From positions 11,797 to 75,796 of the forward strand of contig CAZICJ010000004.1 in the NCBI GenBank assembly GCA_964537635.1: DNA of 64,000 nucleotides, written 5' to 3'. Every line of letters starts with the position of its first letter. The stretch's first letter is position 1. Under the pieces are notes generated by a model. It made no database searches and was not told the origin of the DNA. It worked only from the letters and a program-made list of their open reading frames with translations. Of this stretch, positions 56,401 to 64,000 are shown piece by piece. Origin of the DNA: an uncultured Pirellulales bacterium (GTDB lineage Bacteria > Planctomycetota > Phycisphaerae > Sedimentisphaerales > Anaerohalosphaeraceae). Made by a program: the position numbers and the translations under genes.

Positions 56401-57913
56401 AATGCTTATCAATATCGCCGAAGCGGAAGAGTCGCGGGTTGCGGTTATCAGCGATGGACGGCTGGAGGAGCTGTATGTGGAACGCGCCGGCGCCGCCAGC
56501 CATGTCGGCAATGTCTATAAAGGCAAAGTCGTCAATATCGAGCCGGCGATACAGGCGGCGTTTGTCGATTTTGGCGTCGCCAAAAACGGATTTCTGCATA
56601 TCAGCGACCTGCACCCCCGCTATCACAGCGGTAAAAAAGAGTCGGAGGAAAATATCGGCAAGCGGCAAAGTGTAACACAGCGGCCGCCGATTCAACGGTG
56701 CCTGCGCAAGGGGCAGGAACTGGTGGTTCAGGTTATCAAAGAGGGCATCAACACCAAAGGCCCGACGCTGACGACATATCTGTCGCTGCCGGGCAAATAT
56801 ATGGTGCTGATGCCGTATATGCACAATATCGGGATTTCGCAGAAAATTGAAGATGAACAGGAGCGCAAGCGGCTTCGGGAAATCACCCAGAATATGAAGC
56901 TGCCCGCCAATGCCGGCGTGATTATTCGTACCGCCGCACTGAGCGCCAACAAGCGCGATATTCAGAATGATTTGTCCTATCTGACCCGTCTGTGGACGGT
57001 CATCAGCCGGCGGATTGAAACAGACAAATCGCCGTCGGAGATTTACAAGGAGTCCGATTTGGTGCTGCGGACGGTGCGGGATATCTTCGACAGCCAGATT
57101 TCGCAGATTCTGTGCGATAATGAGTCGATGGCGTCGCAAATCCGGGATTTTCTGTCGATTGTGCAGCCGCGGCTGAAAAAGCGGGTGGTCTATTATACAG
57201 GTCAGGAGCCGCTGTTCCATAAATATTCGATCGATCAGGAAATCGAGCGGATTCAATCCAGCCGCGTGGAACTCAAAAGCGGCGGATCGTTGGTGATCGA
57301 ACAGACCGAGGCGATGGTTACAATCGATGTCAACAGCGGCAAATACCGCAAGCAGGACAATGCCGAACAGACGGCGCTGAAAATCAATCTGGAAGCGGCG
57401 GCGGAAATAGTCCGCCAATTAAAGCTGCGCGATTTGGGCGGCATTATCGTATGCGATTTTATCGATATGCGGGAGATGAAAAACAAGTGCGCAGTGGAAA
57501 AGGCGTTTCGCGATGCGCTGCGCAGCGATCGGGCGCGGTCGCGCGCCCTCAAGATGAGCGCCTTCGGCCTGATCGAACTGACCCGCCAGCGGATGCGTCC
57601 ATCGATGGAATTAAGCACGACGCACCGATGTCCGCATTGTCATGGCGCCGGGGTTCTCAAGAGCCAGGAAGCCCAAAGCATTGATGCGCTGCGTCTGATT
57701 CGCGTAGGGCTTTCCAAGCCGGCGATTCGAAAAATCGAAGTTACCGCCGCGCCGGAAATCGCCGAATACCTGCTCAACCAGAAACGGGCGGTACTGGCCA
57801 GCTATGAAGCGGAGTCGGGCAAGCAGATTTTTGTCAAGACGGATGCGGCGGTGCCAGACCGCTATTTCCAGATAGTTTGCTATGACGACCGCGGAAGTCT
57901 CATAAAACTCTAA
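56390..57913 (+). CDS. rng: Rne/Rng-family ribonuclease (RNase G/E catalytic domain)
   Basis: GNVYKGKV, QAAFVDFG, GFLHISD, KGPTLT, IDVNSG, LRDLGGIIVCDFIDM, GLIELTRQR, CPHCHG.G. Confidence 0.93.
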   Translation: MSIEMLINIAEAEESRVAVISDGRLEELYVERAGAASHVGNVYKGKVVNIEPAIQAAFVDFGVAKNGFLHISDLHPRYHSGKKESEENIGKRQSVTQRPPIQRCLRKGQELVVQVIKEGINTKGPTLTTYLSLPGKYMVLMPYMHNIGISQKIEDEQERKRLREITQNMKLPANAGVIIRTAALSANKRDIQNDLSYLTRLWTVISRRIETDKSPSEIYKESDLVLRTVRDIFDSQISQILCDNESMASQIRDFLSIVQPRLKKRVVYYTGQEPLFHKYSIDQEIERIQSSRVELKSGGSLVIEQTEAMVTIDVNSGKYRKQDNAEQTALKINLEAAAEIVRQLKLRDLGGIIVCDFIDMREMKNKCAVEKAFRDALRSDRARSRALKMSAFGLIELTRQRMRPSMELSTTHRCPHCHGAGVLKSQEAQSIDALRLIRVGLSKPAIRKIEVTAAPEIAEYLLNQKRAVLASYEAESGKQIFVKTDAAVPDRYFQIVCYDDRGSLIKL

Positions 57914-57935
57914 AGGCAGATACTCAGAAAGTGAA

Positions 57936-58919
57936 ATGACAATGTTTGATACAGGCTATGCCAAAGCGGTGCTGCGAGCGGAATCTGCCGGCATTGAATC
58001 TCTGACGGCGCTTGCCGACAGCGAAGCGTTTTTAAAAGCCTGCCAGCGGCTGCTGGAATGCCGCGGGTCGGTTATCGTAACCGGCGTCGGCAAGGCCGGC
58101 ATCATCGGCAGTAAAATCAGCGCCACGCTGGCTTCCACCGGCACGCCCAGCCATTTCCTGCACCCGACAGAGGCGGTGCACGGCGACCTGGGGCGGCTGC
58201 GCGCCGGCGATATTGTGCTGGCATTGAGTCACAGCGGCCAAAGCGATGAGATTTTGCGGCTGGTCGAACCGATTAAGCAGCAGGCGATTTGTCTGATGTC
58301 GATTGTCGGCGACGCCGACAGCCGCCTGGCACGCCACAGCGATATTGCCTTGTGTATGGGCACCTTCACGGAGGCCTGTCCGCTGGGATTGGCGCCCAGT
58401 GTTTCGACAACCTGCATGCTGGCGCTGGGCGACGCACTGGCACTGACAGTGATGAAATCCCGTCAATTCAGCGCTGAAGATTATGCCCGGTTTCATCCGG
58501 CCGGCGCCTTGGGGGCAAAATTGATTACCGTCAGCCAGACGATGTGGTTTGGCCCCGGAGAACCGCTGCCGCTGGCAAAGATTGGACAAACACTGCGGGA
58601 TATGCTTTGCAAGACCGCAGACCGCAAACGGCACGGGGCGGTGATGGTCGTCGATGACAGGGATCAGTTAGCCGGCATTATTACCGACGGCGACCTGCGG
58701 CGGGCTATCACGCGTTTCGGCGAAGGATTTTTGGATAAACACACCCAGGATATTATGACCGCCGACTGCAAGCGGGTGTCGGAAAGCACGCTGGCCGCCG
58801 AGGCGATGGCGATTTTTCACCGCTACCGCATTGATGAACTGCCGGTGGTTGACCAGCACAATCGGCCTGTTGGACTGATTGATGTTCAGGATATTGTGGC
58901 AATTAAAATTGTAGGCTGA
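57936..58919 (+). CDS. kdsD: Arabinose-5-phosphate isomerase (KpsF/GutQ family)
   Basis: TGVGKAG, TLASTGTPS.FLHP.EA.HGDLG, LAPSVST, FHPAG.LG, CBS pair. Confidence 0.94.
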   Translation: MTMFDTGYAKAVLRAESAGIESLTALADSEAFLKACQRLLECRGSVIVTGVGKAGIIGSKISATLASTGTPSHFLHPTEAVHGDLGRLRAGDIVLALSHSGQSDEILRLVEPIKQQAICLMSIVGDADSRLARHSDIALCMGTFTEACPLGLAPSVSTTCMLALGDALALTVMKSRQFSAEDYARFHPAGALGAKLITVSQTMWFGPGEPLPLAKIGQTLRDMLCKTADRKRHGAVMVVDDRDQLAGIITDGDLRRAITRFGEGFLDKHTQDIMTADCKRVSESTLAAEAMAIFHRYRIDELPVVDQHNRPVGLIDVQDIVAIKIVG

Positions 58920-58920
58920 T

Positions 58921-59445
58921 ATGACAAAACGACAAGTGGATTTTGGCCGGCTGCGGCTGCTGATTACCGATGTGGACGGCGTGATGACCGACGGCGGCAT
59001 TATTATTCATACCGACGGCACGGAAAGCAAACGGTTTCATGTGCTGGACGGCCATCGCATCACGCTGTGGCATCGGGCGGGGTTCGACAGTGCGATTCTC
59101 AGCGGCCGCGATACGCCGGCAACGACCCTTCGCGCCCAGCAGCTCGATATTCGGTATGTCCTGCAGGGACACAAGGAAAAGCTGCCCGCCTTTGAGCAAT
59201 TGCTCGCACGGACGGGTCTGACAGCCGAACAGACGATTTATATCGGCGACGACTGGCTGGATTTGCCGCTGATTCGCCGCGCAGGGTTTTCGGTCGCGGT
59301 CGCCAATGCGGTCGAAGACATCAAACCGTATGCGGATTATGTAACCCAGCGCTGCGGCGGCAGCGGGGCTGTTGCCGAGGTGGTGGAACTGCTGCTTCGC
59401 AAGACCGGGCGATGGGATGAAATTATTCAACGATATCACATATAA
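58921..59445 (+). CDS. kdsC: KDO 8-phosphate phosphatase
   Basis: LITDVDGVMTDG, FHVLDG, YIGDDWLD, GGSGAVAEV. Confidence 0.93.
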   Translation: MTKRQVDFGRLRLLITDVDGVMTDGGIIIHTDGTESKRFHVLDGHRITLWHRAGFDSAILSGRDTPATTLRAQQLDIRYVLQGHKEKLPAFEQLLARTGLTAEQTIYIGDDWLDLPLIRRAGFSVAVANAVEDIKPYADYVTQRCGGSGAVAEVVELLLRKTGRWDEIIQRYHI

Positions 59446-59479
59446 TCCGGCGGCGGCTGGACAGCGGGGTTTATAAAAA

Positions 59480-62407
59480 ATGCGAAAACTGGCGATATAT
59501 TGTATTGGGCTGATGGTTGCGGCAGCCGGCTTTTTTGGGTATTTGAAGCTGGCCGGCCTCAAGCGTATCGAAAATCCCGGCGGGCAGGTCTCCCCGATGG
59601 ACAGCGGCACGCCCGCCCGCCAATCGCGGCAGATTGGTGAAACGGTTTTGCATACGGTCGAACAGTCGCGCTATACTATTTTGGACCCGCAGACCAAACG
59701 GCTCAAACGGATATTCGGCTTTGGCAGCCTGCTCAATCCCGGCGTGCAGTCCTCAGACTGGCAGGTTAAGAAACCGTATATGCTGATCTTTGAGGACGAT
59801 TTTACCGCGCGTCTGGACGCCGAAGAAGGCTCTATCCAGGTGGATGTGTCCGGCCAGAAGATTGTGCCGAAGGATGCCGCCCTGGCCGGCCGCGTTAAAA
59901 TTACACTCCGCCCGAAAGACAAGGATCGCTTTTCTGAAACAATTATCCTGCTGGACAGCCTTAATTACAGCAGCGAACGGTCGGAATTTTTTACCGATGG
60001 GCCGGTGGAAGTCATTTCCGCCCAGGCGCGAATGGCCGGCAAGGGAATGATGCTGATTTACAACCCGCAGCAAAATGGGCGGATTGAATATTTTCAGATT
60101 CAGAACCTCAGCTACCTGCGTTTGAAAAATGCGGTTGCATCCGATACTGTGGATGCCTCGGGTCAGCCGCCGGCGACAGCCGTGTCTTTTCCTGCCGACA
60201 AGATGGATATTTTGCCGGACAAGAAGCCCGGGTCGGTTTCTAACACAGACGCAAATGTCAAGCCAAACAAGCCTGTTCCTGCGTCGGATTCCGGCGGTAC
60301 CTCTGCCCCTGAATTGCTGTATCAATGTCTGCTCAAGGATCAGGTCGAAATCCGCTACGGCAATCAACTGGTTGTACAGGGCGCTGACCAGATTCATATC
60401 GCTAATATCCCGTTAGGACAGTCCGCGGTGGCCGCCGCCGACTCGAAACCATCTTCGACCAATGCGGCGGCAGCACAAGCCGATAAGCCGGCGGCGGATC
60501 CGAAACTGACGGCGGCAGAATCAGAACCGATATGGCAGGAGTCCGCTATTGCGATAACCGCCGATGACGACCAGACGGATGTTCTGGTTACCTGCAATGG
60601 GCCGATTGTGATTGAGCCGATGAACGGATCGTTTGAACAGACGATGGATAAAGCGGCTCAGATGGATATAAAAATGACCGGCAGTCCGCTGAAAATTATG
60701 CGGCGGCCTGCACCGCAGCAGGCGTTTGAGCCGATGGCTATTTGTCAAGAACTGGAATATCAGCCGCAGCAGGATGTTTTGAAATTAGTGGCCGGGGGCT
60801 TACAGCCAGAAACACAATTATATATGGATGCCGGCAAGGGAATGCTGGAAACAAGCGGCCCGGTGGTCTGGCAGCGAAAAGCCCGTCAGGCACAAATTGA
60901 CGGGCCTGGGCAAATTCGATTTGAGTCGCCGGCGGACTTGAAAGCGGATGCCGGCAAAGGCAGCATCCGCTTTGACGGTATAATGGATGTGCTGTTTGCC
61001 GAGCCAGCGGCACAATCCCGGAACTCACTGGCATTGCTGGCGGTCAATTTTGGCGGCGGGATGGATGCCGAGATGCACAACGGCACAACGCTGACAACCC
61101 GCGCCGACCAGGCAACCTTTGAATTTAAGCCCGACAATCAGCTTAGCCGGGCGCAGCTCAACGGCGGCGTTGAGTTCACCTCGCAAAATCAGACTGCCGC
61201 CCAATCGAAAGCCGCTTCCGACAAAGCCGTACTGACATTCGACCAGGGCAATGTGCTGACGCTGGCGGACTTCGACGGCAATGTCCGATTTGAATCTCCA
61301 CAGGGGCGTTTTTCATCGGGCAAGACCGTGCTGGAATTTGTCAGCAATGAAACCGGACAGCTTGAGGTCAAATCGCTTCGCGGGTCGGACAATCCGGTCA
61401 TGACGATGGTGGCGACGAATTCCCGACCGCCGGCGCGGTTTGAATCCAAACAGATTCAGTATGATATGCGGGACGGCGCCGCCGTTGCCGAGGGTCCGGT
61501 GCGGCTGAGTTTTTATATGCCCGCTGACTCCAATGACCCAAATCAATTGACTCCGATGGTCATTACCGCCCAAAAAGACGCCCGCTTTTACACCGGCGCC
61601 GATAAGACGATTCGGCAGGCGGTCTTTTCGCAGAATGTTGTCGGTGATTCGACGGTTGTCAATGGCAGTCAAAAAGAATCCAGACGCTTTTTCGGCGACA
61701 AACTGGTCGTGGATTTTGACAGCGATCCCAACGGCAAAACCATCGTGCGGCATCTGGCCGTACAGGATGGTGATGTCAAACTGCAATCCATTCGGTCGAT
61801 TGACAGCCAGATTGTCAATCATGTCGAGATGGTCAGCACCCGCATCGATTTCGACGGTATTACGGAAGTCGTTACGGCAGGTCCCGGCGATATCCGGCTC
61901 AACAATCAGCAGACGCCGGCGCCGACTCCGGATGCAGAATCGACTGCCAACACGATTAACCTGCGTCAGCCGTGCTATGCTCTGATTGAGGGGTATGATG
62001 GGCTGCGGTGGGCGCTGCGCGAAAAAACCATTGATGCAGAGGGCAAAGAAAAAGCGATCACCATTTCTTATCTGCCGATGAACAATGGAACGCCGGGCAA
62101 GCGCACCTGGGCGTCTGTATCCAAAGCCGCGATAACATTAGCCGATGCGGCCGGCGGGAAATTTCAACTGGCAAGCCTGGCAACTGACGGCGGTGTCTAT
62201 ATGGAACGGGAAGGCGAGCATATCCTGCTGGGACAACGGCTATTCTATGCCTCCGACGGCTGGGTCCATATTGAAGGTACGACGAACAATCCGTGCATCG
62301 TGGATGGGGCGCGGGTCCCGGTCATTGATTATAATTTGCAGACTGGCCAGCTCAAGACCAAACTCGGTTCGACCCCCGGCGCAATCAGTATTCCCGGCCG
62401 AAAATAA
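59480..62407 (+). CDS. Giant membrane-anchored periplasmic beta-rich protein, LptC/LptA(OstA)-like repeats
   Basis: Single N-terminal TM; repeated beta-strand-rich segments (FFTDGPVEV..AQARMAGKGM; TTRADQATFEF); directly follows kdsD-kdsC. Confidence 0.55.
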   Translation: MRKLAIYCIGLMVAAAGFFGYLKLAGLKRIENPGGQVSPMDSGTPARQSRQIGETVLHTVEQSRYTILDPQTKRLKRIFGFGSLLNPGVQSSDWQVKKPYMLIFEDDFTARLDAEEGSIQVDVSGQKIVPKDAALAGRVKITLRPKDKDRFSETIILLDSLNYSSERSEFFTDGPVEVISAQARMAGKGMMLIYNPQQNGRIEYFQIQNLSYLRLKNAVASDTVDASGQPPATAVSFPADKMDILPDKKPGSVSNTDANVKPNKPVPASDSGGTSAPELLYQCLLKDQVEIRYGNQLVVQGADQIHIANIPLGQSAVAAADSKPSSTNAAAAQADKPAADPKLTAAESEPIWQESAIAITADDDQTDVLVTCNGPIVIEPMNGSFEQTMDKAAQMDIKMTGSPLKIMRRPAPQQAFEPMAICQELEYQPQQDVLKLVAGGLQPETQLYMDAGKGMLETSGPVVWQRKARQAQIDGPGQIRFESPADLKADAGKGSIRFDGIMDVLFAEPAAQSRNSLALLAVNFGGGMDAEMHNGTTLTTRADQATFEFKPDNQLSRAQLNGGVEFTSQNQTAAQSKAASDKAVLTFDQGNVLTLADFDGNVRFESPQGRFSSGKTVLEFVSNETGQLEVKSLRGSDNPVMTMVATNSRPPARFESKQIQYDMRDGAAVAEGPVRLSFYMPADSNDPNQLTPMVITAQKDARFYTGADKTIRQAVFSQNVVGDSTVVNGSQKESRRFFGDKLVVDFDSDPNGKTIVRHLAVQDGDVKLQSIRSIDSQIVNHVEMVSTRIDFDGITEVVTAGPGDIRLNNQQTPAPTPDAESTANTINLRQPCYALIEGYDGLRWALREKTIDAEGKEKAITISYLPMNNGTPGKRTWASVSKAAITLADAAGGKFQLASLATDGGVYMEREGEHILLGQRLFYASDGWVHIEGTTNNPCIVDGARVPVIDYNLQTGQLKTKLGSTPGAISIPGRK

Positions 62408-62419
62408 CGCTTTCTGCCA

Positions 62420-63205
62420 TCAGGCAAAGATGGATTTGTCCGGTATTCCGTAAGCGTTAAATGCCCGCCGTGCCGACAGATGAATGCCCAGCGTAACCGT
62501 AATCGATGTGCCGGTGAAAATGGACAGCATAATGGCGATTTGGTATTGAATGGCCGTTATCGGGTCGTTGCCGCCCAAAATGACGCCCGTCATCATCCCC
62601 GGCAGCGAGACCAGTCCGAAAGTCGCCATGGTTGCCACCGTCGGCGTCATTGCCTGCTGCAGCGCCTGTATGACAAACGGGCGGATTGCCTCGGACAAAC
62701 TGGCCGATTGCCCCAACCTGTGTTCGAGGATGCGCTGGCTGCCGGCAAGCGATTGGTAAAAGGTGCGGATACCGACGATATCGGCACGCATACAGTTGCC
62801 CAGTATCATCCCCGCGATGGGAATCATCAGGCGGGCATCCAGTACATTGGGACAGGACAGCACCACGCCGACAAATACAATCAGCGGAACCACGACGCCG
62901 GCCAGCAGGGCAATGAAAATCTCCGCCGCCATCACACGGATTTTCAAGCCGCAGCCTTTTAAGATAGAGCCATCCGCCACGGCAACCATCACCACCAGCC
63001 ACAGCAGATTGAGCCAGAAATTGTTCAGGCGGAAAACCACTTGCAGATACAGCCCGACAAAGACCAATTGGATGGTCATCCGCACCATCGCCAGCAGGGC
63101 TTGCCCCATCATCGGCAGTTTGTACCAGTAAATCACGCCCGGCGGTATCAGTGTCATCAAATAGCCGGCCGCTACGCCCCAGGGATGAATCGTCGTCTCG
63201 GTCAT
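62420..63205 (-). CDS. fetB: ABC transporter permease FetB/YbbM (UPF0014)
   Basis: RMTIQLVFVGLYL, IPIAGMILGN, GLVSLPGMMTGVILGG.DP..AIQYQI. Confidence 0.9.
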   Translation of the reverse strand: MTETTIHPWGVAAGYLMTLIPPGVIYWYKLPMMGQALLAMVRMTIQLVFVGLYLQVVFRLNNFWLNLLWLVVMVAVADGSILKGCGLKIRVMAAEIFIALLAGVVVPLIVFVGVVLSCPNVLDARLMIPIAGMILGNCMRADIVGIRTFYQSLAGSQRILEHRLGQSASLSEAIRPFVIQALQQAMTPTVATMATFGLVSLPGMMTGVILGGNDPITAIQYQIAIMLSIFTGTSITVTLGIHLSARRAFNAYGIPDKSIFA

Positions 63206-63894
63206 TTTGTCTGTCCATTGCCGCTGCGGCTTGGCAGTGTGATACAGTCGCCGATGCCGGCCAGGCGTGTATCGTGAGTTGCGACCATCGCCGTCATATC
63301 GCTTTGTGCCAGCAGGTCTGCCAGAACGGCGGCGTTATCCTTATCCAGAGCCGATGTCGGCTCATCGAATAAGTAAATCGGCCGCTTGAGGAGCAAGGCG
63401 GCAATAATGGCGATTCGCTGCTTTTCGCCGCCGGACAAATCCGTTACTTCTTTGCTCAATATCGATGCCGGCAGTGAAAATCGTTCCAGTAATTGACCCT
63501 GTTGCGACATATCTAATGATATACTGGCATTGGCTTTGTAGGTAAATGGGTGATGGAGAATATTTTGCACCTTGCCGGTTCCCAGTTGCGGCTCCTGAGA
63601 CACATAACCGATTTTTTTCCGCAGATTCCAGATGTTCCTGCCATCAATGGCATATCCATCTATCTGGATATTGCCCTTGTCGGGTGCAATAAACCCCAAT
63701 ATCGCCCGAAGGATACTGCTTTTGCCGCTGCCAGATGCACCGACAAGCACACATTTTTTCCCCCGCGGCAGGGTCATGGAAAAATTCTCTACCACTGTCT
63801 GGCCGGGAAATGACAAAGTAACACCATCGATGATCAGGGGCATGGAATGACAATCGAGGGTGGATTGTTTATCCATATATTCGACCGGTTTCAT
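63202..63894 (-). CDS. fetA: ABC transporter ATP-binding FetA/YbbL
   Basis: GASGSGKS, IGYVSQEP, LSGGEKQR, DEPTSALD; true start may be 63876 or 63843. Confidence 0.85.
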   Translation of the reverse strand: MKPVEYMDKQSTLDCHSMPLIIDGVTLSFPGQTVVENFSMTLPRGKKCVLVGASGSGKSSILRAILGFIAPDKGNIQIDGYAIDGRNIWNLRKKIGYVSQEPQLGTGKVQNILHHPFTYKANASISLDMSQQGQLLERFSLPASILSKEVTDLSGGEKQRIAIIAALLLKRPIYLFDEPTSALDKDNAAVLADLLAQSDMTAMVATHDTRLAGIGDCITLPSRSGNGQTK

Positions 63895-64000
63895 CCACGA
63901 AGACAGAACTTTGCGCAGATTTCATTATCCCAATCGCCTTTTCCAGCTCGACAGCATTGGGGATCTTGATCAGCCCGCCGCAATGAGGACAGCGACAACG
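63869..64000 (-). CDS. C-terminal part of a Zn-ribbon-containing protein (runs off window end)
   Basis: Manual translation RCRCPHCGGLIKIPNAVELEKAIGIMKSAQSSVFVDETGRIYG*. Confidence 0.55.
   Translation of the reverse strand, partial: RCRCPHCGGLIKIPNAVELEKAIGIMKSAQSSVFVDETGRIYG

Noticed and set aside
56393-57418. 341-aa minus-strand ORF
   Set aside because: Antisense shadow of rng

Overview
Chromosomal window from a bacterium that looks like a Planctomycetota/Phycisphaerae member (Sedimentisphaerales-like). This is inferred from the PEP-CTERM gene, the dockerin-like/DPN-rich secreted proteins and the protein styles; it was not checked against a database. Most of the window is housekeeping genes: hisS (partial), murB, eno, an ftsB-like gene, ftsK, fmt/def/lptB, yidC/cmk/plsC, rsmB, dnaA with upstream DnaA boxes, ktrAB, ribF, resB/ccsA, ahbC, tRNA-Leu, xseAB, hisI, hpf-EIIA-HPr-EI, rng, kdsD/kdsC plus a giant Lpt-like protein, and fetAB. 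The accessory content has five parts. (1) A complete IS110-family (IS1111-type) element with sub-terminal inverted repeats and a ~300-nt downstream non-coding region containing short matches to its own reconstructed target site, a candidate bridge/seek RNA. (2) An AT-rich Type II restriction-modification pair whose methylase carries an N-terminal HTH. (3) A 1276-aa mosaic secreted protein plus a PEP-CTERM gene containing a G11 tract, behind a near-consensus sigma70 promoter and a ~250-nt highly structured leader. (4) A divergent, phage-like ThyX-fold gene after ftsK. (5) Intergenic mosaics of REP-like palindromes, one at the breakpoint of a truncated M20 peptidase. No CRISPR array, rRNA or prophage was seen. 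All family assignments come from motif recognition by eye, not searches.
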